A DNA stretch of 64,000 bases from Eledone cirrhosa (taxonomy: Eukaryota), in NCBI GenBank assembly GCA_964016885.1, contig OZ024754.1, positions 29,512,001 to 29,576,000 of the forward strand. The letters are read 5' to 3'. The first letter of the stretch is position 1, and every line of letters begins with the position of its first letter. The translations under genes and the position numbers were made by a program. Below, piece after piece: positions 25,738 to 39,139 of the stretch. The notes below the pieces were generated by a model that worked only from the letters and a program-made list of their open reading frames with translations, did no database searches and was not told the origin of the DNA.

Positions 25738-25922
25738 AGGGCGGTGGATTGGCAGTATCGGTAGAGGGTCGGACACCATGCTTTCCAGCATAGTTACGTC
25801 CCTTTACGATCTGAGTTCAAATCCCGCCGAGGTTGACTTTGCCTTTCATCCTTACGGGGTCGATAAAATAAAGTACCAGTAATGCACTGGTAATTGCTGG
25901 CCTTGTGCCTAAAGTAGAAACA
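25738..25922 (+). mobile_element. Nin/Deu-core SINE with 17-bp TSD
   Basis: ATTATTTTAATAAGTCA at 25721-25737 and 25923-25939. Confidence 0.92.
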
Positions 25923-26191
25923 ATTATTTTAATAAGTCATAGTGTTAAGGACAATTAGAAAAAGACGCAGAGAAAGAAAAAGACGGAGAGAGAGAAAGAA
26001 AAAAAACGTCGAGAAATATCGGAGAGAGAGAAATGTATGTAGAAAAAAGAAAGAGATAAATAAAGACAGGTTTTATAAATATAGTTTCCATTTATTAATA
26101 TCGTATATCTACTCCAAATACTTGTCGAGTGCTTTATATCAGTTACAAAAATATTTACTAGTTGTATCCCAACAATTTTAAATAGAACTTT

Positions 26192-26278
<87 letters not shown>

Positions 26279-26294
26279 GTATATAGCTAGATGG

Positions 26295-26910
26295 ATATGG
26301 TGGCTGCCAACTCGTTTTCGAGTACGACCACTACTTTATATCCATGTAGGAGAACCCCTACCGGTGCGCTGAACGAGTGTGACTTCTTAGTCCAGCCAGC
26401 GACTTGAAAACTCTGGTACAAACACTACACTTGTGACAATTATTGACACATAGTGCTTTGCCTTTGGTACCATGTGACGACAAGTGCAGAGAGATCTCCA
26501 GATATAAAGCAATGCCTGTGCCGTGAAGCTTTTATAGTGAGCAAAGGCACTGCACAAAGCCAGTCCCACTCTCTTAACCAAGATGATATTTACCAAAAAG
26601 AAGAACAAGTCAACATCATTGGATACCATCAGGGTTGCAGGTGTTATATCAGAGTTTTCCTTCTCCTAGAATTCTGCCTTGACAAAGGTTAAGGGGTCAT
26701 CTCTCCCAGTGATTTTGGATGGCCATTGACTCTTAAGAGCTCCTTTGCCCTTTGACAGGTTTTGTTTTTAGTCCTGCAGGATGTCCAAAGTCACCCTCCT
26801 CACCAAGAAATCTTGGTGGGGTTGCCAGTTTAGTCGCCAACGACCCGACCATGAGACAGGTTGTACTGGGATACATGTTACCAGTAGCACCAAGTGGTGA
26901 CCTGACATGG
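26295..26910 (-). mobile_element. Dispersed non-coding retroelement-like repeat
   Basis: 26295-26707 recurs at 51337-51749 and 58743-59154; (CATA)n adjacent; class not determined. Confidence 0.6.
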
Positions 26911-27085
26911 ATATACATGGATATACATACATACATACATACAAACAAGAGCCATCAAACTTATCACAAATCATATTCAACTCATATCTTTATATCAGAT
27001 AGATATCTACATTCATCAAAATATATTTGAATGCTTGGTGTTCTTGGAACTTCAATTTCTTGTATTGATAGCATTTAATATATAT

Positions 27086-27268
27086 ACTAGACCACCCTTG
27101 ACCCGTTGGTTCACGTTCATTTCAAAATATTTTTTAAAAGTCATGTTCACTTAAAAATAATTTTTAAATAATTAAAATATACACAGACATGTATATAATG
27201 TGAAATGAAACTGGAAGGCCCATATATATACGTGTGTATGTATATATATATAAATGTGTGTGTTTCTG

Positions 27269-27299
<31 letters not shown>

Positions 27300-27349
27300 G
27301 TGTGTGTGTGTGTATGTGGTTGTCTGTGATCTATATACACTGGACATAG

Positions 27350-27380
<31 letters not shown>

Positions 27381-27725
27381 TATATATACACACACACTCA
27401 CAACAACACCACCAGCACTCGCTTCCATTTTCCTTCTCTGTCCCCTCTCTCCCTCTCTCTATGTCTCTCTTTCAATCTACTCTCTCACAACCACTATCTC
27501 TTTTTCTCTATCCTTCTCTCTTTCTCTATTTAAGAAGGTACCCGGAAAAACCCCATATCTCGGGAAAACATGCTCCGATTTACGCGAAACTTGTTTTATT
27601 CCATTTGTATTCCTATTTGAGGGAGGCAATTTCCTTTCAAAGTACTTTCCCATTATGTGTCCTTTTGGCTGTATTACATTACAGACAAGCAAGCAAGCAA
27701 TCACAGAGTTTTAGTTATATATATA
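27086..27725 (-). mobile_element. Possible non-autonomous Helitron-like element
   Basis: ACTAG at one end, TTTTAGTTATATA at the other, internal microsatellites. Confidence 0.35.
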
Positions 27726-27831
27726 TATATACATATATATAAGATAAGTTTATCCCGGGTTCAATCGGGGGTAACCACAGTAAGTAAGGTGCTCAGTACA
27801 AAGCAGGATATAAATATTTAATATAGAAAAG

Positions 27832-27880
27832 GCTTCTACATGACTAGAACTGTTTCTTTCGGGAGAAATCATCAGGAAGC
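27832..27880 (-). ncRNA. Type I hammerhead motif
   Basis: GCTTC-CTGATGA-TTTC-TCCC-GAAA-GAAAC-(12 nt)-GTA-GAAGC. Confidence 0.55.
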
Positions 27881-28660
27881 GATATATTTACAAACTGTGA
27901 GGCTTTATGCCCTATAGAATGGAAATAGCTGTCTAAAGAGCGGATTCTTTCCATTGGAAATTCTCTGAATTTCCAATCTTTTGATAAGCGAAACCGTCGG
28001 TAACAGCATTAGAACAGGTGAATATTTAAATCGTATTTTAATTTATTTAAAAGATTGTTTAATCTTTACTTGTTCCGCTCATTTTTATAGTTCTGGTATC
28101 TCAAATTAGTACCATTGAACAACAATTATTATAGACACCATATATATTTCTGTAGGTATTTAGTACATGTTGGAATATTTATATCATTTTATATGTATTC
28201 TCCATTCTATGTAGAGAACAAAATGTTGTATCGTGCTGCTATTTTTTTAGTAGCATAAAAAACAACGAGTCTATAATACTCCCGCTTTTACTTGCGGCCT
28301 GCTTATGTCTGGGTCACTTTAACGGCCTGACCTCATACATCAGACAGGAAGCGTTATATTTACAAACTGTGAGGCTTTATGCCCTATAGAATGGAAATAG
28401 CTGTCTGAAGAGCTGATTCTTTCCATTGGAAATTCTCTGAATTTCCAATCTTTTGATAAGCGAAACCGTCGGTAACAGCATTAGAATAGGTGAATATTTA
28501 AATCGTATTTTAATTTATTTAAAAGATTGTTTAATCTTTACTTGTTCCGCTCATTTTTATAGTTCTGGTATCTCAAATTAGTACCATTGAACAACAATTA
28601 TTATAGACACCATATATATTTCCGTAGGTACTTAGTACCCGTTGGAATATTTTATATCAT
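27873..28660. repeat. Direct repeat, ~310-bp copies 472 bp apart
   Basis: CAGGAAGCG.TATATTTACAAACTGTGAGG at 27873 and 28345. Confidence 0.85.
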
Positions 28661-28661
28661 T

Positions 28662-28842
28662 GGTGATTTGGCAGTATCGGTAGAGCGTCGGACATGCTTT
28701 CCAGCATAGTTACGTCCCTTTACGATCTGAGTTCAAATCCGGCCGAGGTTAACTTTGCCTTTCATCCTTACGGGGTCGATAAAATAAAGTACCAGTAATG
28801 TACTGGATAATTGCTGGCCTTGTGCCTAAAATAGAAACAATT
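28662..28842 (+). mobile_element. Nin/Deu-core SINE
   Basis: Matches the family consensus. Confidence 0.88.
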
Positions 28843-29262
28843 ATATATATATATGTATATGTATATATATATGTATATGTATATATATGAGAGTGTGTGT
28901 GTGTGTGTATTTGTGTATGTATATATGTGTGCGTTTGTGTGTGTTTGTGCGTTGGCGTGTATATATGGATAGAATGATTCTCAGTATATCTTCCGAATAC
29001 CTGCGCTCTGCGTTCAAATCTCGTTTACACCAACTTTCACTTTCATCCATTCGCGGTCGATAAATAAAATACCGGTCCAGTGTTGATTCGAACTCCCTCT
29101 TTCTCTCACTTTCTCTAACTCTCTATTATCCTCTGGAAACAATCGACTGGAGTGGAATGAATTCCACTATGTTTGAATTGGAAAGACACATCGGATATTA
29201 CAACGAGGCCCCGACGTTTCCATCAACGGTTAGGTGGATGCGGCCCGCCATAGCACGGCACA

Positions 29263-29292
29263 TCTATATATATAAAACTGAGGATGTCTGAC

Positions 29293-29326
<34 letters not shown>

Positions 29327-30190
29327 TTTGAATCCCTAAAACTCGAGAAGCACCCAACCGACTGTTTTCAAACTTTACACATGTAATACTTATGTTTCAG
29401 GGCGTCTTCTCAGCAAGAAAAAATTTAAATTGTCAATGCCCTAGGGACTGCATTAAGCGATTTAGCGATCTCTCTCTATAATTCTTAGTCTTTTTCTTTT
29501 TTAGATAGATATATACATATAACGGTGCGCCCTTATAATATATGTCTGTATGTCTGACTGCCTGCATTACGTCACTTCCCTGAGGATGTCTGTCTGTGTG
29601 TGTGTGTGTCTGTGAGTTTGAATCCCTAAAACTCTAGACGTAGCCAACCAACATTTTGACACTTTACTTATATTTCAGGGAGTTTTATGCACATAAAAAA
29701 TTCAACTTTTTGATATATAACTTTTTGATCCCCTGGGGCCCGCATTAGGTGAAAAACTGCGTTTTTTCCGGTTTTTAGGGGTTTTTTTAGGCGTTACGTC
29801 AGACTGATTTCCTTGAAATTGTAACTATGTATTAGTCAGTCTCTTCTTCATACCGTGAGCAAAGAAAATCCAACTTTTTTATGGCCTAGGGCTCTCATTA
29901 GATGAAAAACTTCAACTTTTAAGGTTTTTAGGGCTTTTTACCGAAATTTCAAGGCAAATTATGCACATAAAAAAAATTCATTTTCTTGATCCCTTAGGGC
30001 CCGCATTAGGTGAAAACATGCATTTTTCCTGCTTCATCAAGGAAAATCTTAAAGATTATCCAGCCATCAGAGTATTCAATTTATTTTCTTTACATATTGT
30101 CCAGGCATGCAGCTTTTCCACGATTAGGTCTGTTGGCGACTCCGCGTTCCAAAATACCTTATCCCGTGCAACGCCGGGTACCACTGCTAG
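29263..30190 (+). mobile_element. Non-autonomous Helitron
   Basis: A|TCTATATATATAAA start, CCCGTGCAACGCCGGG hairpin, CTAG|T end; internal duplication at 29278/29580; related minus-strand piece at ~39170-39430. Confidence 0.8.
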
Positions 30191-30376
30191 TAACATATAA
30201 AATATTTTCACAGATTTGTTTAGTAAGTCCCTTAATCTGTGACAATGTGTTGAAAATGAAGTAATTACGTAGTAGTAGGACCATTTTAGCCACTTGTCTG
30301 ACACGTGACAGGAACATACATCTTGGATGAATCATTTTAACCATTGAAAATGACAATTATTATTATCATTATTATA

Positions 30377-30561
30377 CGGTGAATTGGCAGTATCGGTAGA
30401 GGGGCGGACGCCATGCTTTCGAGCATAGTTAAGCCCCTTTACAGTCTGAGTTCAAATCCCACCGAGGTTAACTTTGCCTTTCATCCTTATGGGGTCGATA
30501 AAATAAAGTAACAGTAATGCACTGGGTAATTACTGGCCTTGTGCCTAAAGTAGAAACAATT
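30377..30561 (+). mobile_element. Nin/Deu-core SINE
   Basis: Matches the family consensus. Confidence 0.88.
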
Positions 30562-31569
30562 ATAATATAAAAAATAAAATTATACAAAATAGAAATTTTA
30601 TAAAACAGAAATATATAATATGAAAATTAAAAATATATTAAAAAATACACAAAAACACGGAATAAAATGCAAACAGCGAGACTTTAGTAACTTTCGGCCA
30701 GTATTGGCCCAGGCCATGTCTAACTTAATAGCACCAATTCTAAAATATATTTGCTAGAAAATTGTCGATGAGAACCCCAGAAAGTTAATTAGTTTCGAGG
30801 TCATCCTCTGCAAAGAATTGTGCCTGAGGACGTTCGATATAAGTTATATGTAATGTGAAGAGGCCAATTTATCTCCATATAGACAAAAGATAACTGTATT
30901 ATCCGAGTAAGACATTTCACTAAAACTCCCTAATTTCCTTTAATAGAAAGACTCACGGCCTTATAATCGTTGATTATTTCAATGTAAATGAAGAATCATT
31001 TAACCAGTGATTTTACTATATTCGATTTAATGTTTAAATAAAAGTACTTAACACCGTTTATATATTAGCGATATTAAGATAAAGTCAGCCTCAGTTCCTG
31101 TCAAATGTATAACTTAAATGGGCGGAATTAGATAATATAGGAATGAAAACAAAGCTAAGTTAGTGTGTAGATCCCATCTACATCATTGATGTTAATATTT
31201 CAATACTCATATCAACTGAGCTAATTGGCTATTCATTGAATTGATTTAAGAAATTAAGTAGCAATGATCCTCCCTTGCACAGAGAGCGAGAGAGGGAGAG
31301 AGAGAAAGAGAAAGTCACACACACACACACAGACTAATACTAAAAATATAAAATATCATTAATATGTAATACCATTCATTGTATTAAAATATTTAGTGAA
31401 AAATAGAATTTATTAAAATTAAAATTGTACATTTCTTTCTACCTGGAATATAGGTGAAACTTCAGAACGGAATTATGTAAGTATCTACTTTTCTAAAACA
31501 CTCCTCCCCTCCTCCACTCCTCCACTACAATTTCCAAGTAATTTATCTTTACTTGATGGAGACAGTTAT

Positions 31570-32066
31570 AAAATTTTGGTAAAATACAATTTTGATGAAA
31601 TACAATTTTGGTAAAATACAATTTTGATGAAATACAATTTTGGTAAAATACAATTTTGGTAAAATACAATTTTGGTAAAATAAAATTTTGGTAAAATAAA
31701 ATTTTGGTAAAATAAAATGTTGATGAAATACAATTTTGGTAAAATACAATTTTGATGAAATACAATTTTGGTAAAATAAAATTTTGGTAAAATACAATTT
31801 TGGTAAAATAAAATTTTGGTAAAATAAAATGTAGGTAAAATAAAATTTTGATAAAATGCAACTTTAGTAAAATACAACTTTGGTAAAATACAATTTTATT
31901 AAAATACAACTTCGGTAAAATGCAATTTTGGTAAAATACAACTTTGGTAAAATACAATTTTAGTAAAGTACAACTTTGATAGAATACAATTTTAGTAAAG
32001 TACAACTTTGGTAAAATACAATTTTAGTAAAACCTTTATAAAAATTGGTAAAATACAATTTCGGTA
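31570..32066. repeat. 16-bp minisatellite (TTTTGGTAAAATACAA)n
   Basis: About 30 variant units. Confidence 0.92.
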
Positions 32067-32229
32067 ATTTTAAGGGCTTTCACCCTATTTTATAACCTTA
32101 TAGCATCTCTGCTCACGAGCACAGCATTCTTTATATTAACAATTATATATATATATATGGTGAACTAACTGTTGTGTAACCACTTCTACCTAACTCGTCC
32201 CATGGACTGAGTGCTCTACCACTACGGAT

Positions 32230-32567
32230 TTCATTTTGCCTTTCATCCTTACAGGGGTCGATAAAATAAAGTACCAGTAATGCACTGGGTAATTGCTGGC
32301 CTTGTGCCAAAAGTAGAAACAATTATTACTATATATATATATATATTATTACTATATATATATATAGTATATATATATAGGCGGTGGATTGGCAGTATCA
32401 GTAGAGAGTCGGACGCCATGCTTTCCAGCATAGTTACATCCCTTTACGGTCTGAGTTCAAATCCCGCCGAGGTTAACTTTGCCTTTCATCCTTACGGGGT
32501 CGATATAATAAAGTACCAGTAATGTACTGGGTAATTGGTGGCCTTGTGCCAAAAGTAGAAACAATTA
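32230..32567 (+). mobile_element. Two adjacent Nin/Deu-core SINE copies (partial 32230-32325; full 32380-32567)
   Basis: Match the family core and tail. Confidence 0.85.
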
Positions 32568-32643
32568 CTATATATATATATATATATATAAAGAATTAGT
32601 ATATCTAGTAACATATATATACACAGATGCATACTTATGCGAG

Positions 32644-32723
<80 letters not shown>

Positions 32724-32771
32724 CGCATAAGTATGCATCTGTGTATATATATGTTACTAGATATACTAATT

Positions 32772-32810
<39 letters not shown>

Positions 32811-33209
32811 CTGGTCCCGTGCCGTCTAATTGTAGCATTTTATATATAAGAATGATACAAAACCAAGTTTTTATTACGAACTTCTTTTGTGGAACAACTA
32901 TCCGGAGCTAACATAGATAATATCTAAGCAAGATAATATCTTTGTGCGCGTATTTATATATTAATATGTATGAGTTTAAAACTATAAACACACAAACACA
33001 CATACACATACACAATCATAATAGTGAACGTGTGCAGCATATACACAGATACCCACATAATTGTAATGATTCTTAGAACAGTTGTGACTGCTTTCCATAG
33101 TCTCTAATCACCCTCTTCCTTCCTCAGATATCACATAGATGTGTGTGTATGTAACAATTATTTTGTTTAATATGTCTGTTTATGTGTGTATATATATGTG
33201 TTGGTGTGT

Positions 33210-33322
<113 letters not shown>

Positions 33323-34639
33323 AACATTGGTTATTATTATAGTTGGTTCTTTCAAATATCATATCAGCATCAGTTGCATTATCTGAGGCACTCACAAAGC
33401 ACTCAATGATGCGAGAAATGTATTAGTTGCTATATCAGAGTGAACACATTAAGATATCAGAGGGAAAAACCATGAATAATATATATAAACTGGGTGTACC
33501 CATCTATAGTATATAGCAACAACAACAACAACAACAACGGCGAATGACAAAAGAGAATCAATAATTTAAAAAAAAAAACGATTATATATTTGTTATTTCT
33601 AATTGAATATTTTAATGGAAATAAATATGAGAGGCAAGCTAAGGTTCGCATAACTGAAATAATAAAACATCCACGTTTTTATTATTTAAAATGTAATTAG
33701 GAAGGAAATCAAAAGAAAAAATGCTACTGAATATTTAGTGCTCGAAATAGATATATACAGGATTAAATTTATTTTAATGTTAAGGCAAAGATTATGCTAG
33801 AGTAAGATCAATGTATTTTTTTTACAAAATTAAACTGTGATAACCTTTATAGTTTTATATTACAGTAATCTAACATATTTCAACAATACGATAACGTTTG
33901 TGAAGTAAAAATATAATTGAATAGCAGAGAGTAGTAGCAATTCATAGAGTACGGAAATATATATGTGTCTGTGATTATATGTGTATGTATAAATGTGTGT
34001 GTGTATAAGTGTCTGTGTGTGTGTGTGTGTGTGTGTATGTGTGTGTGTGTATGTGTGTGTGTGTGTATAGATACCTTTTAAAATGATTAGTTTCCTTTGT
34101 ATATATTTCTTTAAGTAAGAAATATATTTCACCAATTAATCAGTAAATCACAGTAGTCAAATCCTGGATGGTCACCAAAGGAGAAGAACATTTCTATTTC
34201 TATTTATATAATGCTTATACATGCACAATTATTAATCTATAAAGATATTTATATACTTACAATCTGTTGTAATGTGATAAGATAAAATCTACTTACAACC
34301 ACAATTCTTCATATAATCAAATTGATTATATATACAATATTATAACTCATAATATAGGGAAATAAATTTAAATTCTGGAATCATATTCCACCATTCCCGC
34401 AAATTGTTAATTCCTTTTAAATTAAGGTAAAACAAATTTTTTGTATTTTCTATGATGAGTGCGTACCAAAGTTTTGGTACCCTTGAAATATATATAATAG
34501 AATAAATATGGTTTTATAAATATAGTTTGCATTTATTTAATATCTTTGAATATTATACTCCAGAAAACCTGTCGAGTGCTTTGAATCAGTTATAAACATT
34601 TATATTTGTTGAATTACCAACAAATTGAATATCCCTTTT

Positions 34640-34712
<73 letters not shown>

Positions 34713-35048
34713 TGTATATATATATACATATTTGTGCGTCTGTTTATAAGCATGCATATATAAATATATATATATACATATGTATATCATAATTATTATC
34801 TACCATATTTTTGGGACGTTTGATGTGTTCGTATCCCAAGTAACAAAACATTATAGTCGAGGCAATGCATAGCAATAATATAATATGATTGTTTCACTCG
34901 ACTTAACTTTTCTAAAAATATTAGCTCGGTGATGGAAACATAAATTAATGTAAATATAATTATGTTAGATACGTTTTACTAGAAATGTTTGAAGTTTGAA
35001 GTTCAAATGGAATATCTTTTCAATTATCAGAGGTATCAAATTTCGGCT

Positions 35049-35228
35049 TTGGCAGTATCGGTAGAGAGTCGGACGCTATGCTTTCCAGCATAGTTACGTC
35101 CCTTTACGATCTGAGTTCAAATCCCGCCGAGGTTCACTTTGCCTTTCATCCTTACGGGGTCGATAAAATAAAGTACCAGTAATGCACTGGGTAATTGCTG
35201 GCCTTGTGCCAAAAGTAGAAACAATTAT
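35049..35228 (+). mobile_element. Nin/Deu-core SINE
   Basis: Matches the family consensus. Confidence 0.88.
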
Positions 35229-35807
35229 TTAGGTTTTATAATAATCATGTAAAATTAATTGAAATCAGTCATCACAGTCATTTTACAAAAATGCATATTT
35301 GGTTGGTTACAAGGCTTAGTGCTTCATTAAAACACCACTGTTGTCTCTCCCCTCACTTCCGTTCTGCGTGCGCAAACACCTCTCCCTCTCCTCCACTTCC
35401 GTCTTGACCAAACATTCCTTGGCCTCGCTGTACTATACTTGACCAATGCTCAACACTGGATTTACTTGTTTACATACACACACGGACATACCCATACACA
35501 AACATACACACATCTACCCTCACACACACATATACATAATATACTCCTACTTATTGACAGAACACAACCATGCAATGGTTACCATCCCCCGGGTAAACGG
35601 GTGCTCCACTCTGTCCGCTTGGGCTGTGGGGCGGCGTGCACGTGAGATCCCGTTTGCTCACTATACAGAGAGATGGGGGCGATGACGGTGGGAGTTTGGC
35701 TCTTCCGTGTCTTCCGTGTTCGGACACATTGCACCTGTCATGGGGATCATGTAATAATTCCATTTTCCCTGAGATTAAATATCATTTTACTATCGTACAA
35801 AACCACA

Positions 35808-36342
35808 ACACTTGTGGGTACAACATACACACAATCTTCCGATACACACGTGAAATACACACACACACGTGCGCTACATGACACACTTTGTGAGTACAAC
35901 ATACACACAATCTTCCGATACACACGTGAAATACACACACACACGTGCGCTACATGACACACTTTGTGGGTACAACATACACACAATCTTCCGATACACA
36001 CGTGAAATACACACACACGTGCGCTACATGACACACTTTGTGGGTACAACATACACACAATCTTCCGATACACACGTGAAATACACACACACACGTGCGC
36101 TACATGACACACTTTGTGGGTACAACATACACACAATCTTCCGATACACACGTGAAATACACACACACACGTTCGCTACATGACACACTTTGTGGGTACA
36201 ACATACACACAATCTTCCGATACACACGTGAAATACACACACACACGTGCGCTACATGACACACTTTGTGGGTACAACATACACACAATCTTCCGATACA
36301 CACGTGAAATACACACACACACGTGCGCTACATGACACACTT
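35808..36342. repeat. 76-bp minisatellite, 7 units
   Basis: TGTGGGTACAACATACACACAATCTTCCGATACACACGTGAAATACACACACACACGTGCGCTACATGACACACTT, nearly invariant. Confidence 0.95.
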
Positions 36343-36452
36343 ACATACGTAAAAATAATGTAAACATCACAAACACAGCCATTAACACATACATATACAC
36401 ATACATACGTACACACTCACACACATAAAAAATCACCAATACACACCTGCGT

Positions 36453-36534
<82 letters not shown>

Positions 36535-36743
36535 TCAACACAAAAGTGATGATACACACACACACACCCAAATCGGACCCCCTCACATAAATAGAAATTA
36601 GAGAAAAAGCCCCCCGAATACGCACACACACAAAACAAAACTATAACCTCACAGACATGCACACACAGACCAGTGTACACACTTCACTTTATAAGACTCT
36701 GGAACGGATAGACTGAAGCCACACACACACATACACACACACA

Positions 36744-36860
<117 letters not shown>

Positions 36861-37623
36861 CCACACCGATACAATGTAATTACCCAGCCTCCCTAGGCCG
36901 GACTTTCACTAGAATGTTAGTCTACGACTCCATTTATACCATAAACATGGTTTTGTCTTCGCGTGTATTTGTTATCCACGGTCCACATAACGACGTATTA
37001 TCTTCGCTTTTTTCCGTTCATTGCCAGGGAACGTCTTCACGAACCAAAGTGTCGTCTTCCTTCGGTTGCAACGTTTTTCGAAATATTTACTTCTGCGTAC
37101 ACAGATTGATTTTTTATTTTCAGAAGATCCCGTTAAGGGTGGAAGCAGCGTTTCCTTGCTTAAACTTTTATTTTGATATATACTAGCAGAATGGCCTGGC
37201 GTTGCTCGGGATTTGCTTTAGGGTTCTTATATATTTGTTATATATTTATCCTTATTGAGCCTCGTGAAATAAATACGTTTGTTTATATTTTGTGTATGCA
37301 AAAATATATGTACACGAATATATAATTATATATATATATATATATATAAATTGAAACAAAATGAAAACGAAATTTCATTTCTCACTCTTAGTATGGCACT
37401 TACTACTACATATATGTATGTACGTATACATGCATACTTACATTTAAGTAAGTGCCATACTAAGAGTGAGAAATGAAATTTCGTTTTCATTTTGTTTCAA
37501 TTTATCGTTTTCGGTATGCCTGACCGATTTAACTCACTCAATATGCAAATTAGGCTGCTCAGCCGTTAATTTCCATAAGGAAAGTATATACTTTCGAACG
37601 TTCAACTATCTGGCAGATGGGTA

Positions 37624-37667
37624 AACGGTGCTGATGATAGCTAACAAGCTTGAAACTAGTACATCGT
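37624..37667 (+). ncRNA. Type I hammerhead ribozyme (family A)
   Basis: ACGGTG-CTGATGA-TAGCT-AACA-AGCTT-GAAA-CTAG-TA-CATCGT. Confidence 0.8.
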
Positions 37668-38099
37668 CCCTGTGTCAGTGTTGAACAAAAAGGTGACGTG
37701 GTTGCCTTAACACCGTATGGCATAAATTCAGGCTGTTCAGTTTGTTTACAAACGAACAAAGCGACGTTATAATAAGCGCCGCTAAACTGATACGTGCATA
37801 TATGTATGTGTACCTGTATGCATATGTATATATATATGTATATATATATATATATATATGTGCATGCTACTGTACGTCTGTATACATATATGTATGTACG
37901 TATACATGCATACTTACGTTTAAGTAAGTGCCATACTAAGAGTGAGAAATGAAATTTCGTTTTCATTTTGTTTCAATTTATCGTTTTCGGTATGCCTGAC
38001 CGATTTAACTCACTCAATATGCAAATTAGGCTGCTCAGCCGTTAATTTTCATAAGGAAAGTATATACTTTCGAACGTTCAACTATCTGGCAGATGGGTA

Positions 38100-38144
38100 A
38101 ACGGTGCTGATGATAGCTAATAAGCTTGAAACTAGTACATCGTT
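38100..38144 (+). ncRNA. Type I hammerhead ribozyme (family A)
   Basis: AACGGTG-CTGATGA-TAGCT-AATA-AGCTT-GAAA-CTAG-TA-CATCGTT. Confidence 0.8.
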
Positions 38145-38308
38145 CCTGTGTCAGTGTTGAACAAAAAGGTGACGTGGTTGCCTTAACACCGTATGGCATA
38201 AATTCAGGCTGTTCAATTTGTTTACAAACGGACAAAGCGACGTTATAATAAGCGCCGCTAAACTGATACGTGCATATATGTATGTGTACCTGTATGCATA
38301 TGTATATA

Positions 38309-38360
<52 letters not shown>

Positions 38361-38595
38361 TGCTACTGTACGTCTGTATACATATATGTATGTACGTATA
38401 CATGCATACGTACATTTAAGTAAGTGCCATACTAAGAGTGAGAAATGAAATTTCGTTTTCATTTTGTTTCAATTTATCGTTTTCGGTATGCCTGACCGAT
38501 TTAACTCACTCAATATGCAAATTAGGCTGCTCAGCCGTTAATTTTCATAAGGAAAGTATATACTTTCGAACGTTCAACTATCTCGCAGATGGGTA

Positions 38596-38640
38596 AACGG
38601 TGCTGATGATAGCTAACAAGCTTGAAACTAGTACATCGTT
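38596..38640 (+). ncRNA. Type I hammerhead ribozyme (family A)
   Basis: Same fold; CTGATGA at 38603. Confidence 0.8.
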
Positions 38641-38798
38641 CCTGTGTCAGTGTTGAACAAAAAGGTGACGTGGTTGCCTTAACACCGTATGGCATAAATT
38701 CAGGCTGTTCAGTTTGTTTACAAACGAACAAAGCGACGTTATAATAAGCGCCGCTAAACTGATACGTGCATATATGTATGTGTACCTGTATGCATATG

Positions 38799-38829
<31 letters not shown>

Positions 38830-38885
38830 GTGCATGCTACTGTACGTCTGTATACATATATGTATGTACGTATACATGCATACTT

Positions 38886-38934
<49 letters not shown>

Positions 38935-39046
38935 TAACAAATTAAAGTTTAAGCAAAGAATCGCTGCTTTCACCCTTAACGGGATCTTCTGAAACTAAAA
39001 AAATCAATCTGTGAACGCAGAAGTAAATATTTCTAAAAACGTTACA

Positions 39047-39139
<93 letters not shown>

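Larger units (their letters stand above)
37348..38888 (+). mobile_element. Retrozyme-like tandem array, family A (3 units, periods 476 and 496 bp) with a short 5' inversion
   Basis: One hammerhead per unit; 37348-37404 is inverted relative to 37448-37504; (TA)n flanks; no credible ORF. Confidence 0.85.

Noticed and set aside
26387-26692. ORFs of 77-80 aa recurring three times
   Set aside because: They recur because they lie in a dispersed repeat; no protein motifs
35808-36342. CRISPR-like appearance of regular repeats
   Set aside because: Whole units are identical with no unique spacers; eukaryotic context
37559-38731. Repeated minus-strand ORFs (MKTKFHFS.., QPEFMPYG..) in family A
   Set aside because: The frame depends on the variable TA tract and is not conserved in family B; conservation is structural on the + strand
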